DNA from: Octopus vulgaris
Taxonomy: Eukaryota
Assembly: GCA_951406725.2 (NCBI GenBank)
Contig: OX597817.1
Span: 59,086,001 to 59,150,000 of the forward strand
Length of the DNA stretch: 64,000 nucleotides
Direction of reading: 5' to 3'
How positions within the stretch are numbered: position 1 is the stretch's first letter; every line of letters starts with the position of its first letter. Positions 40,178 to 54,832 of this stretch are shown piece after piece. The notes under the pieces are model-generated. The model was given only the letters and a program-made list of their open reading frames with translations, was not told the DNA's origin and did no database searches. A program made the translations under genes and the position numbers.

Positions 40178-40319
40178 CACACATAGGGAGTAGACATAGC
40201 CTTAAATGGCTGAGAGTGTTTTTTTTTAATAGTAAACTCTTGGGTATAGTCCTACTGGATGGCACCTTGCGTAAATGTCTATTATAGCTCCAGGTCCACA
40301 AGGCTTTGTGAGTGGTACT

Positions 40320-40818
40320 ACGGCGCTCCGTCGGTTACGACGACGGGGGTTCCAGTTGATCCGATCAACGGAACAGCCTGCTCCTGAAATTAACCTGCAA
40401 GTGGCTGAGCACTCCACAGACATGTGTACCCTTAATGTAGTTCTCGAGGAGATTCAGCGTGACACAGAGTGTGACAAGGCTGGCCCTTTGAGATACAGGT
40501 ACAACAGAAACATGAAGAAAAGGTGAAAGAAAGTTGTGGTGAAAGAGAACAGCAGGGTTCGCCACCACACCCTGCCAAGACTCGTGGAGCTTTAGATGTT
40601 TTCGCTCAATAAACATCCACAACGCCCGGTCGGGGAATCGAAACCGCAATCCTACGTTCTGAGTTCGAATTCCGCCGACGTCGACTTTGCCTTTCATCCT
40701 TTTGGGATCGATTAAATAAGTGCGTTATGCACTGGGGTCGATGTAATCGACTTAATCCGTTTGTCTCTCCTTGTTTGTCCCCTCTGTGTTTATCCCCTTG
40801 TGGGTAGTAAAGAAATTG
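40320..40818. mobile_element. Family-C SINE (minus, third tail type) abutting head-to-head with a family-A SINE (plus)
   Basis: Junction at ...ccgcaatcctacg|ttctgagttcgaattcc, about 40655. Confidence 0.75.
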
Positions 40819-41042
40819 ATAATATCTCAGTCTTAATGGGATTTCCTTTCTAAAAGACCGAAAACAATTGGTGAACTTCTGCGGATTTACAAAAAATGCA
40901 TCACAATTATTGGACAGTTTAGTTAAACGGTTTCCATTTGCAGGGTTTAAAGAGATGGTCACCTGAATTTATTTATTCCCTCTTTTACTTCGGTTCGGTA
41001 TACAGATAGATTCGTATAGATATATATATTTATATGTGTATA

Positions 41043-41346
41043 CTAGCAGTATCGCCCGGCGTTGCTCGGGTTTGTAAGGGAAATAACTATATAAGCATTT
41101 TTAGAGAGTTACTTCCCTTATATAATAGCAAAAAAATGCAATAAAAATGGAAAGTAATGATGGTAATTTTTTTTTTAAATCGTAGACTCATCGTAGACGC
41201 GCGCTAATATCCAGAAGGGCTCGATATGAATCACGACTATAAGATACCCGCTTTTGGTTAAACTGCACCGCAAAATGTGGGAGTAGTTAGGAATCTAAAT
41301 CGTAGGAGACAGACACCACACAACTTCTCTTTTATATATATATGGA
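41043..41346 (-). mobile_element. Non-autonomous Helitron-like element
   Basis: actagcagtatcgcccggcgttgctcggg is the reverse complement of the 3' end at 6145-6173. Confidence 0.7.
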
Positions 41347-42634
41347 TATGTGCATGCTTGTGTGTCTATGCATGTCATTTTGCTTCTGTTATGTTTACAC
41401 CCCAGCAGCACTTGACAACCGGTGATGATTTGTTTATATCCTCGAAACTAATTTTAAGATTTGAATTGAGATGACAAGTTCAAAACAGTTTCTTGGTGGA
41501 AAGGTTTAATTTATCAGCTCCCGGTTGCAATCTAATTAACACTTTTAATGTATTTATCGAATTAATTCATACAGAAGAGATTTTCTGAAATTTAAATTCG
41601 TTTCAGGATCCGGAAAAGTCCTATTTTAGAGGTGGGGAGGATTAAATACTTGATATTAGACATTCATACGATCCGATTCATTAAGAATGCCTATCGAACC
41701 GAGACTCGAACCTGCCGTGTTGCTTACTAAAAAAAAGTCAAAAAGATATACGTAAAGTTCATATTTTTGATCAGTTAATTAAGTGTTCGTAATATTTTAA
41801 CAATGTCGAATATATAATCCCAAAAGTATGAGACAGGTGATATTTGCTGCGTTGACGGGGGTTCAATTCTTGTCAGTTCCAACAAAATTAAGCACATCCT
41901 TGGTTTCTAGTCACTTCGCCAAATTAAATGAAGTTTAATCGCAGTGGCAAAAATGAAACTACCGTTTTCTGTCGTTTTAACGATCCAGTGTAATCGAAAT
42001 GGGCATAAAATGTAAAAGCATGTCCCATAAACTTCATGCTTATATATTTGTTAAATACCAGGATTTATAAATTTTGTAATGTTATTCGTGCAACTATCTC
42101 AAACCTGAAATTTCCAAAAATCAAAAAAACCTAATTTCGTTTTTATATTTGGCTTGCCAGAAACTTGATTTGAAAGAAAAATAAAACCCTTGTCTGTAGA
42201 GGGTCATTATACCAATAAAAATTAAAACACACGCACAGATTCAGTATCACTTTATTTTGGTAACTATCCAACAGTTTGTTTAATATATTGATTGGAGAGT
42301 AATGCCATGTCATTGATGAAGTCACGAATAAAGACGAAAGGTCTCAGAGAAAAGTAACAACTGACTGAACAAACAACACATTAGACAAACAATTGGAAAG
42401 GTAGTAAGTAAAATAAAGTGGTATTGCTCCAGTGCGTGTTTTTTATTAGCATAATGACCCTCCCTAGATGCATTAAGAATATTGATCTGATTATTTTAAC
42501 TGCATTTTCTCCACTCATCGACCACATGGTTTTTGTTTCCAGTAAAATATTGTACAGAATAAACGTTATTAGAAACGGCTACCGATCAATGCAAGAACAA
42601 ACTATCGGCAGAGGATTGTGAATGCTTGTTAATA

Positions 42635-42819
42635 CAGTAATCCCCTCGCCGTATTGCGGGTTATTATCTAAGCTTACGTCAACTCCTTCGTGATGTTCTG
42701 CATTTATAATAAGGGAAATATACACAAATAAAAAAAAAACAGTACTGTCTACTTCACGCATTTCCAGCTATCGCGGTAGGTTTTGGAACGTAACAGCCGC
42801 GATAGTCGAGAGATTACTG
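42635..42819. mobile_element. Tc1/pogo (Tigger-like) MITE
   Basis: TIRs CAGTAATCCCCTCG / CGAGAGATTACTG with TA on both sides. Confidence 0.75.
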
Positions 42820-43743
42820 TATACACAGACTAAACATTAACCCCATGATTACTCACAGCAACCTACCAAATACAAATTTATAGAAAGAGCAAGATTAACA
42901 AAAATGGGTGTCGCAAATGTGTCCTCTTCCACACCTCAACCGTACTCTTAAAAAAGGTTTATTTTTTAGGCAGATCACTAAATCCCAACAGTATATTTTC
43001 TTTACAGATCTCGCATAAACAGTATTCCAAAATACTGGACACCGTTTTTGCTCGACGTTCCAAGTCGCCGTTATTTACTATGTATCTCAGCAGACGAATG
43101 TCAAATTTTCTCAGACGTCTATTTATATCCCAGTGGAAGATTTCTTCCGCACTTGCATCTCCAAACAGCAAAAAGTTGAGGAGTGTAGAGCATTTAGAGA
43201 CCAATGTATAAGCAGAAAACGAAAATAAAAATCTTCGTAATGTGTAAAAGAGCTATTCAGGAATTTCTTCGTTTCAAAAATTTAAATTCATGAAGTTGTG
43301 TCTTCGAGATTTTGTGCCCAAAACGCCAGAAAATATTTTCAGACTAAATGACTCCAAGAAATGGACTTCGATACTGCACTTTCGAAATTGGAACTAAAAA
43401 GTATTATCATTCATTAACTATTAAAAGAAATCGCTGTTTGTCAAAGATGTTAAATGCTTAGACAAAGCTGTAATATGTAGAGGAATTTTACAATTTTCGG
43501 TTTGAGAAAAAAACATTTTTTAAATGAACCACTCGCAGACAATTCAAGTCACTAATAGCTTTATTTCTAAAAAAATACAATTATTTAATATTTTATTTAA
43601 GCAATACCATATCGAAACAATTTAAAAAGCAATTTTAAACAGTTTTAATATTCAAAACGAAATCAGCCAAATATAAGCCATATATTAGAGAAGTCTTTAA
43701 AAAAACAGAATTATTAGAATTTAAACGATCAAATCTTAAGCGC

Positions 43744-44540
43744 CTAGACTTCTTCCTCTCACTGCTTTCTTCTTCGTCAATAGTAGCTTGCTGGTATTGT
43801 TGATACTCAGATATTAGGTCGAACATCTTGGATTCGGCTTCTGTGAATTCCATCTCCTCCATACCCTCGCCAGTGTACCAAAAAGGCCTTACGCCTAAAC
43901 ATTGCAGCGAATTGTTGAGAGATGCGTGTAAATAATTCCTGAATCGCCGTGCTATTGCCCATAAACACTGCAGACATTTTTAGGCCATGTGGAGCAATGT
44001 CACATACGGCTGTTTTGACGTTGTTTGGAATCCACTCAACAAGAGGTTGCTATGTTTATTCTGCATCCACAGCATTTGTTCCTCGACTTCCCTCATTGAT
44101 ATGCGGCCTCGAAATATAGTGGCAACGGTCAGGTAACGACCGTGCCTTGGGTCACAGGCGGTCATCATATTTCTAGGATCGAACATTTGTTGTGCTAATT
44201 CTGCTACAGACAAAGATCTGTATTGTTGGCTGCCTGGAGCTGTTAGAGAGGCGAAACCTGGTATGAAGAAATGTAATCTGGGAAATGGTACCATATTGAC
44301 CGCAAGTTTACGTAGATCAGCGTTCAACTGGCCCGGAAACCTCAGACAAGTTGTTACACCAGCCATTGCTGCAGACACTAAATGGTTTAAGTCGCCATAT
44401 ATAGGTGTGTTCGGTTTTAACGTGCGACAGCAGATATCATACAAAGCCTCGTTATCGATGCAAACGGTTTCATCGGCGTTTTCCGCCAGTTGGTGTACCG
44501 ACAGTGTTGCATTGTATGGTTCTACAACGGTATCAGATAC
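43744..44540 (-). pseudogene. TUBB: Beta-tubulin terminal exon (from about residue 175 to the end), frameshifted
   Basis: [18 protein letters not shown]...[26 protein letters not shown]...[14 protein letters not shown]...[17 protein letters not shown]...EYQQYQ. The acceptor tttctctgtttctcttgcag lies just upstream. Deletions of 1 bp (about 44041), 5 bp (about 43881) and probably 1 bp (about 43757). Restored stop TAG at 43744-43746 and AATAAA at 43592-43597. Confidence 0.9.
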
Positions 44541-45679
44541 CTGCAAGAGAAACAGAGAAAGTCTAATAGAAAAACTTTAACAGAATTCCGAGCTAGCTTA
44601 GTAAAAAGAAAGTTCTATATGAAAACCCGTAGATGAAGTAAATCGACAAATAGTCTAAAATTTTCTTTATTGAAAGGAAATTAGGGCGAGAGTTTCGATT
44701 TAGAAAAGCTTAACTATTTACAAGTCTCAAAAAATACTGACGAAATGATTTCAAGCGCGATACAACGTTGATTCTTTTTATTATCCACAAGGGGCCAGCA
44801 AAGAGGGGGACAATACAATCTGATTTTGGGGTCAGATGAGCGAATGATTATACAAAAAAGATGACATTAAAAATTTTACAAAAATAAGAAAATATGATAA
44901 AATCGAATGGTAGGACAGACGGGAAGACATTACGAATGGAGTGTGTGTGTGGTGGGGTTAATTCGGACCCCACGAGCCCCGCCTCGCCACTGATACCCGA
45001 GTTACATCCCGTGTCGCATTCATGAGGTTCCATCCACACGCAACATCCGTGCTACATTCTTCCATCGGTCTTCAAACATTTTCACAGTCAGGCATTTTCT
45101 CTCTAGCCCTATTTTCCTTTTAAGGTGAAAGGTGAAGTAATTCACCAATTCAGGGCCAGAGATGAAATTGCCCTCAAGTGCGATACAACGTGTCAGTTGT
45201 TGCGACTAGGTCACCGTATGTTTAATTACAAGCATGCACATAAAATGATCTTGTTTTAAAATTAAATTATAGCCATTAATGCAGCACGGAATTTTGTCAG
45301 TGAACAGGTCGCCGTCTCAAAGCGACGAAAATATTTTCGCAAATTAAATTTAAATGTTGAAGTGAATCTAACGGTTTTTGTGTGTTTCTTAAATGGCGTA
45401 TAAACACCTTCCACGCTGCAATTGTTACATCCATTAAGTTACATTATAAATAAAGTTCATTTCGTGAGCAGCGAGGGACAAGAAAATGGGTGAAAGAAAA
45501 GTGGTGTCTTTCTATAATTTTAGACATTTGAGCTAGAATCGATCGGGTTTGTTTTGAATTCATATAGGAGAAATTCAGTTTTTATACTCGTTATTCGAAA
45601 TATCGATTTAAAGCATTAAAACTATTTGAGAATTTCCTCTTTATTCTAATATATTTCTTTTACTAGAAATATATTAGAA

Positions 45680-46327
45680 TTTTAACTTTCTAGCTCACTG
45701 TTTACAGCAGTGCTTGGTAGGAAGGTGTGTAGCGTATTGACCATGAAAGAGAAACTTGTCATACTGAAACCTGCTTAAAGACCTACACAAAGTTGCTGAA
45801 AGTGTATGGAGAGGAATATATGAGTTGCACACATATGTACGAATATTTCAGACGTTTCAAAGATGGTAAAAAAAATGAGAGGATGTGCAGATTAGTTACG
45901 GTTCAGTTCATTCCATTATCACTGAAGATTTGGATATGAGACGTATGTCTGCCAAGTTTGTGCCAAAGCTGCTTTCAGCTGACCAACATAACACTCGGGT
46001 TTCAGTTGCACAAGATTTCCTTGATTGTGTCGAGAATGATGAAAACTCTTTGAAAACTTTGCGTAAGGCCTCTAAGCAGATATCGCCAAGATTTTGGTAA
46101 AATTTGATGCAGATTCTCTGGTCAACTTTCTCTGTCATGGTCAATGCGATCATCACACGCTACATACCTTCCTTCAAAGCACTGCTGTAAACAGCGAAAG
46201 TAAACTAGAACGTTAAAACTTAGTGCGCATGCACAGCAGAGTTCAAGGTAAATCTGTGTCAAGCGGCTTCACTCTGCGGGCTTTAACTTCGTTCCTATGG
46301 CAACAGTTCGGATATTTATTGAACAGA

Positions 46328-46330
<3 letters not shown>
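45680..46330. mobile_element. Mariner-derived non-autonomous element
   Basis: Plus-strand transposase remnants KVYGEEYMS..YEYFRRFKDG and ISYGSVHSIITEDLDMRRMSAKFVPKLL. An inverted N-terminus MTEKVDQRICIKF lies on the right, ending in a TIR-like ggtctgttcaataaatatccga next to TA. Confidence 0.85.
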
Positions 46331-46392
<62 letters not shown>

Positions 46393-46663
46393 TGTATGTA
46401 TGTATGTATGTATACAAATACATATATCGTTGCTATTATACAAAAGTGCCGTAAGTGTCAAAACGTTGCTTTTTTCAGAAAACTAAAAAACAGTTTCATC
46501 ATCCCATAACAAAACCGTTGCACTACTCTTTCAGAATTTTTGATATCTTAGCATCTGAAGAAACTGGAGATACGATAGTTTGACCGGAAGAAAAAGCAAG
46601 CAAAAAAAAATATTGAAAGCAACGCATTTGGCCAAATCTGGACGACAGTTTAATATAATAGCA

Positions 46664-46701
<38 letters not shown>

Positions 46702-46856
46702 GGAAACATAAATTATATGTATATTGTACGTGTACACATACACACATGTAGTATGTATAATTACAATATATATGTTTATCACACATACGTGCACACGCAC
46801 ACACACGCACACACATACATATATATGTATATACGGACATACATAATGTCGTTATG

Positions 46857-46942
<86 letters not shown>

Positions 46943-47234
46943 ATCTGTAAAGGTAAACCGTCAGTCAGAAGGGAGTAATTTTTTTGCTTCATTTGGTAAA
47001 TGTTTCCCTTCTTCTTCTTCTTCTTCTTCTTCTTCTTCTTCTTCTTCTTCTTCTTCTTCTTCTTCTTCTTCTTCTTCTTCTTCTTTCTTCTTCTCTTCCT
47101 CATCCTCCTCCTCCTCCTCTGCTCTCTGTGGCTCGTTTCCCTCCTCTCCCTCATTAAAAGAAAAACTGTCCCTTGTGATGTCATTAGAGGAGTGCATATA
47201 TACATACGTATAAATACTCATACACACACACTCA

Positions 47235-47313
<79 letters not shown>

Positions 47314-47834
47314 GAGAAAGAGATTTCAGTTCGAGACATGTTTTGATCGCCATTAATTAGCACTCCATGTGGCTGTGTTCTTCCAGTTGTTGTTCTAAGT
47401 CGCCATACATGGACAGCTGTTGCTGCCATTAAATATAATAATCCAGCTTATATTACATGCTTCATGATTATCTCCCGGATATAGTTTGTTTTCAGTGTAG
47501 CTTCACCTATGCATACTTTACCGTTTACAAAATATTCTTAATAATTTCCCGAGCTTGGTTGAGACCCCTCGCCATTAATTCCGAATGCTTTCATCAGGCC
47601 ACCGCCAAAATACATGAAGGACTTCGTGTTTCCTATTTAAAGGATTAAAGAAGCCGTCAAAGAACTTCTGAATGGATGTCTTGTGAATAACAATTGCCGA
47701 AAATCGTAGGCGAAGATAAACAAGAAACGCATACGACTACTTACTGTGTAAACATCTTTCATGCTTGTACTTAACGCACACATAGATGAATAGTCGTACA
47801 TACACATACGTAAATACACACACACACACAAACA

Positions 47835-47876
<42 letters not shown>

Positions 47877-48052
47877 TGTATGCATCTATGTATGTATATG
47901 TATACACACAGATACGCAAGCACACGAACACACAGACAAATACACACACACACACACAGATAAGTTTCCACAAAGCACTTTAAGGAGTGAATCTACTTGA
48001 AGAATCACTATTTCGATATATGTATACATACATAGTATCATTATTATCATTG

Positions 48053-48152
<100 letters not shown>

Positions 48153-48734
48153 TGATGATGACGATGACGATGATGATGATGATGACAATAATAAAGATTA
48201 ATAATAATAATAATGGCTCCGATGCAGTACCAGGCAGTGGCTCTCATGGCTTCTGATCTTAACTGATTGGAAGTGTTGACATGTACATTGTTTTGTCTTG
48301 GTATAAAAGACGGTCTACAGCAAATATTCTGCTCAACACCACAGATTTGCTTATCAGTTGTTTGACCTTAACCAGTTCATTATGTCCCTTAGTGACTGAC
48401 AATATGTGCATCTCTGATCATGAGAAGAAGTAGTGGGGGAGCATCATAGTCGTGTATCGAGAGGAATTCTTTGGGGTTTAGATAATTCACCTTTGGAAAC
48501 ATGGGTGTTTCATTCAACATCCTTAAACAACCCTCATCCAGGGACCTTTTGAGCAGAATGGGCTAATCGACCTGAAGAAAATTCTAACTGGCCCCCCACC
48601 CTTCAAGGTCATGCGCTGTTTATCTTGATATGAGATTTCCATGTCGTGCACATATGATTGTGTGATTGTGGACATGTATGGAGTGTGTGTATGTTGTATA
48701 TATATTGTGTTTTAAATTGTATCTGTTGTATACT

Positions 48735-48948
48735 CTTTTACTCTTTACTCTTTTACTCTTTTACTTGTTTCAGTCATTTGACTGCGGCCATGCTGGAGCA
48801 CCGCCTTTAGTCGAGCAAATCAACCCGGGACTTATTCTTTGAAAGCCCAGTACTTATTCTATCGGTCTCTTTTTTTGCCGAGCCGCTAAGTAACGGGGAC
48901 GTAAACACACCAGCATCGGTTGTCAAGCAATGCTAGGGGGACAAACAC

Positions 48949-49002
<54 letters not shown>

Positions 49003-49143
49003 GACAGGCTTCTTTCAGTTTCCGTCTACCAAATCCACTCACAAGGCATTGGTCGGCCCGGGGCTATAGCAGAAGACACTTGCCCAAGATGCCACGCAGT
49101 GGGACTGAACCCGGAACCATGTGGTTGGTTAGCAAGCTACTTA
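48735..49143 (-). mobile_element. SINE family B with truncated head
   Basis: Nearly identical to 12335-12700. Confidence 0.85.
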
Positions 49144-49214
49144 TTTTTACTCAATTGTATCTGAATTTTTCATTTTTATTTTATTTTACCCTTTTTTTGT
49201 ATGATAAACAGATA

Positions 49215-50660
49215 AGGGATGGATGGCGCTCCTCTGTTTACCCAAGCCATGGCGAAGACAGTCAATCTAGGAGAAAGTAACTCTGAATTTAAATACTTCA
49301 CTACTGTCTTGTAGTTAGTCTTTAGTTGGGCAAAGACTGGGAGAAGGACACTCGAATATAAAACCTACGACTGCAAATGCACCCAATGATGTCGATTTGC
49401 TCTTCTTTATGGATCATCCTTTGTAGTTTAGAGAATGGGAATGGTCGCTGTGCAAAACTTTTCCTCACTTTAAAAAGCGTCAAGCACAGGTTTTGCTGGA
49501 GAGTCAAAAGAAATATGAACATCTTGTATGAACATGGCTGACCGAAGCTTAAAAAAGGCACAGCTAAACAATAGAAGTTGATATTGATACTGAAGAAGTA
49601 AATGTCAAAAAGGGCTCTGGAACATTTTGTTCTGTGATCTGGCCCGGCAGGTATCCCAGGGCACCACAGCCTGGATCCGGTCGTCATCCTGTGAGTAAAT
49701 TTAAAATGCAAGCCTATGAATACAGGATGCTGGAATGTTCGAACGTTATTAGACAATGATTGTCTGAAATCTCGTCCAGAGAGAAGATCCGCGCTTGTTG
49801 CATAGAGTTACTGTGATATGATATGGATGATGTATCAAGATATGATATGGATGTTGAAACAAGACTTCATGGAAAAAGGAATTTTGCAGAGAAATCTACT
49901 GGGTAATCTTTTCTTTTGGAGCGTTAGAGAGAAGACCTATAAGAGAGAATCAGGAGTGGGATTTGCTACCAAAACCACTCTGGCTTCAAAACTTGAGAAC
50001 CTACCATGTGGTCATTCGGATCGTTTGATGTCTTTAAGGCTGCCATTAAGAAAAGGTCGCTATGCAACACTCATAAGTGCATATGTCCCAACTATGAATT
50101 CATCAGAGGATGATAAACTTGCCTTCTATCTATCACTTACGGACATTAAACGCAATATCCCCCAAAATGACAAAGTTGTCATTTTGGGTGATTTTAATGC
50201 TTGTGTTGGCACAGATTGGGAGACTTGGGGTGTCCTAGAAAAGCATGGGGTTGGGAGTTAGAAGAAGGGAAGTTGTTGTGAGTGAGGGAGTGTTGCTTTT
50301 CGTGTGGTTTGTGGGAAGAGGTGTTTGAGTCGTGAAGGCCTGGTCTGCCATCAAAAATCTCACAGAAATCGACCCATGATAAATAGTGATGTGGCTATTA
50401 TAATTCACAACAGAATATGCATAAAATGTGGAAGGGTGTGCCTCTCAGCTGGAGGTTTGAAAAGACATGTTAAGAGAGTGAATAAGGTGGCACCTGTTTC
50501 TCCTGCCAGCCAGCACAGCTGTGCAGTATGTGACAAAAAATGTGTAAAAGCTTGGCTGTGCTTAAAAGTCATATAACGGCATCACATGGCATCAGTCATG
50601 AATTATTTCAGTCTTTTTGACAATAGCTTTTCTCGTCTAACGAGGGTGCAGCCATGATGT
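49215..50660 (+). mobile_element. RTE/BovB-like LINE with the RT deleted: 5' UTR, AP-endonuclease N-terminal half, C-terminal C2H2-like fingers, 3' tail
   Basis: CWNVRTLLD..RPERRSALVA..ESGVGFA..DRLMSLRLPL..ATLISAYVPT..ILGDFNACVG..KHGVG, then CVVCGKRCLSREGLVCHQKSH / CIKCGRVCLSAGGLKRH / CAVCDKKC. A hairpin ctcgt..acgag and gcagccatgat run into (ATGT)n. Confidence 0.85.
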
Positions 50661-50774
50661 ATGTATGTATGTAAGTATGTATGTATGTATGTATGTATGT
50701 ATGTATGTATGTATGTATGTATGTATGTATGTATGTATGTATGTATGTATGTATGTATGTATGTATGTATGTAT

Positions 50775-50868
<94 letters not shown>

Positions 50869-50909
50869 CATTATTATTATCATTATTATTATCATTATTA
50901 TTATTATTA

Positions 50910-50949
<40 letters not shown>

Positions 50950-50963
50950 CATTATTATTATTA

Positions 50964-51006
<43 letters not shown>

Positions 51007-51032
51007 CATTATTATTATCATTATTATTATTA

Positions 51033-51069
<37 letters not shown>

Positions 51070-51080
51070 CATTATTATTA

Positions 51081-51159
<79 letters not shown>

Positions 51160-51182
51160 CATTATTATTATCATTATTATTA

Positions 51183-51226
<44 letters not shown>

Positions 51227-51240
51227 ATTTATCATCATCA
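50660..51240. repeat. (ATGT)n followed by (ATT/ATC)n microsatellite
   Basis: Direct reading. Confidence 0.95.
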
Positions 51241-51517
51241 CATTGTCATCATCACGATGACTATTGCTAATATCATAATTATTATGTATGTTGTTATTAT
51301 CGATATTTTATTGCCCGATATCTGTAATGGCGTCTTAAAACGCTTTACACGTTTGTTTACAAGGCGTGTGCTGCCATCTATCGAATCGTCACTTGATGGC
51401 AATGCTGCTAACGTCCACTATATGAGAGATAACACGAGATCTTCGTTCAGTTGCTCAGGAGACACCGGTCGTTACGGATCAGATATTTGTTTTATTTTCT
51501 GGATTTTGCCGATACGG

Positions 51518-52143
51518 GTGTGCCTACAGGAAGAAAGAGGTTAAGCTACACAGTTCGGTACAAGCTTCAAGCAACAGACTACGCTAAAGAGTATGGAAGC
51601 AGAGCAGTAGTACGGTATTTTGGCCCAACTCCTACAGAGAAAATGGTACGTTTCTGGCGGCCGCAAGAAAATAAACTACAGCCAGCGAAGAAAGGAAACC
51701 ATAACCTTCGTGACTCAGCTCCGCGCTGGCCTGAAATTGAGAAGGAAATAAAAACGTGGGAAGTAGATGCAAGAACTTCAGGTACAATCATTAAAATGAT
51801 AAAGAAAGAGGCCAAATTCGTTGGTGAATAAAAAGGGGATTCAGAACTTTATTGGAACAGAAGGATGGTGTAATCGGTTTATGAAACGGGAAGGTTTGTC
51901 AATGCGTACAAAAGCACCAATTGCACAGAGAATGCCAGTTGACTTTGATGATAAAAGAGTAGTTCCATGAATTTGCTATAGCTGCTCAAAAAAACAAAAC
52001 AAAAAAAACTCCTTTTGAACTGGGCCAGATAAGAAATATGGATGAAGTCCCACTAACGTTTGATGTCCCATCAAAATAGAACTGTGAATATCGAGAGAGC
52101 CAAGACAATTGCAGCAAAAACCACAGACCATGAGAAGACCCAT
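51518..52143 (+). mobile_element. Decayed pogo-family transposase fragment (DNA-binding domain, CENP-B HTH, start of DDE)
   Basis: RLSYTVRYKLQ..YAKEYGSRA...RWPEIEKEIKTW...FIGTEGWCNRFMKREGLSMRTK..IAQRMP...NMDEVPLTFDVPS...KTTDHEKTH, with stops and frameshifts. Confidence 0.85.
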
Positions 52144-52165
52144 CATACACACACACACACACACA

Positions 52166-52243
<78 letters not shown>

Positions 52244-52639
52244 CAATCAGTACGTAGAAAACAATACAGACGTTAAATATATTCAATTCAATTCTTCATA
52301 ATGAGACTATGAAGGATTTGAGAGACATGGATTTAAGAATTCATCATTTCCAGACCAATTGTAAAAAAGCTAATACACACGAACACACACACATATATAT
52401 GAATATATATGAAACGAGCAGATGCATAGAGAAATGAAGTTGAGAATGAACTCGGAGTCTTTAAGGTTTATTTACAGTAACTTAGCTGGTTTTAAATTGC
52501 ATTATTTTTTTTCCTTTCTGTATCGAGAATGACATTAGTAATGTATTTTAGGCAACCATGTGTGAATGTTTAGGTCAAAGTGAAGAATTTATAGAGAATT
52601 AACATGGAATTTATAAAAGAGTAGATAATTTATAGAGTA

Positions 52640-53420
52640 CTAGCAGCATAGCCCGGCGTTGCCCGGTATGTAAGAAACTTTGTCGATAAGCAATGCCCTT
52701 TAGCTTTTTACCTTTTTTGTACTCATTGAACCGTTATTTTGTAAAATGAAGCCTAAAAGGCATTAAGGCATTCAAGGCACCGTTCCCTTGCATGCATGAA
52801 GAAGTAGGGAAAATCTATGTGAACTTTCAAAAAATATCGCAGAAAAATCGGTTTGCTATGTGTGCCACATATGATGTAATTAACCGATTTTTTCCAGTAA
52901 TAACGTATCCTATTGGAATCAAAAGGGCCATATAGCTCCTTGGAGCAGACATGATGCTCGCTGTGAATTTCAAAAAAATTCCTGCCAATTTGTTAAAGAT
53001 ATTGTCGAAAATATGTCATCTTGAATTTGAACACGATTTCCCAAAATGGCATGATTTTATCGATTTTTTCTGATGGTAAGGTATTGCATGGAAAACTAAC
53101 GACCGAATTAAGTTCCTTAGGATAACATTAAGCTTCACCATGAGTTTGATGAAAATCGATTGCATGTTGCAAAAAATACAACGGAAAATGTGTTGCATAT
53201 GATAAGCTTAGATTCTAGACCCCATGTCGAATTTATCGATCTTTTTCAGAACTTAGGTGAACTTTTCAAAATTTTCGCTGCATTAGTTTTGAATTATGAC
53301 ATTGGGCTATGTGTGTGTCAAGTTTCATCAGAATCGGTTGAAAGCCGTGGTCAGGGTGAGGGTACAACTTGACAGACACACAGACACACAGACAGACAAC
53401 TTGCCTTATATATATATAGA
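52640..53420 (-). mobile_element. Non-autonomous Helitron-like element, ~780 bp
   Basis: Minus strand begins A|TCTATATATA and ends ccgggcaacgccggg..tgCTAG|T. Confidence 0.75.
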
Positions 53421-53594
53421 TGAATTTGGAATACGGGCTTTTGTACACCGAATTGGATTGGATTCAATTTAATGCAACTCTGCGTTCAAATTAAAGTGGA
53501 TTAATAAAAAAAGAAAGAGATTGAGTACAAATATCAGATATTTTTAGTTCTCGGCAATTATAGACGAGTCCATAAATGGACATTAAGCATGATG

Positions 53595-53663
<69 letters not shown>

Positions 53664-54174
53664 GAAAGAGACATTAAAATATCGGTGTATATATATATAT
53701 ACACACACACATATGTATGTATACATGTATGTATGTATGTATGTATGTATGTATGTATGTATGTATGCATGTAAGTATGTATGTACACTCCCTGCTCTCT
53801 AGAGCAATCAAGAGTCACAACAAAATCATTGTAGTCACAATTCTTCCTGTCAAAATTAATCGGTAGAATGGTCAAACAATAGTCTTCAGACTCTCATTTT
53901 GTTTCTTTTTTTCTTTTCTTTCTTTTTTTTTTCTTTTGTTTAGTTTCAGAAACAACAATCCCAGACAACAAGTGGATTCCGAAACCACTTTTGCCGTTTG
54001 GGTGGTTTTAGGAATAATAGAAAGATTTGATGGAGATACGAAATTATAATTAGCGCGACCGACTTTGGGGACATTCTGGTGTTACGAGCGTACAAAATGG
54101 CTGTCGTGAGAATGAAAGAATTCGTAATCGGTGAGTAATAAACCTTTCTAATTTTGATACAAAGGCAACAGGTT

Positions 54175-54832
<658 letters not shown>

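Noticed and set aside
44848-47760. Upstream beta-tubulin exons
   Set aside because: I found no MREI, GGGTGSG or PSPK coding sequence by eye. The short ORFs here are unrelated.
48210-48665. High-complexity block after (AAT)n that looks like coding or element sequence
   Set aside because: The frames I translated contain stops and no recognisable motif. It is probably a dispersed repeat, but there is only one copy here so it cannot be supported.
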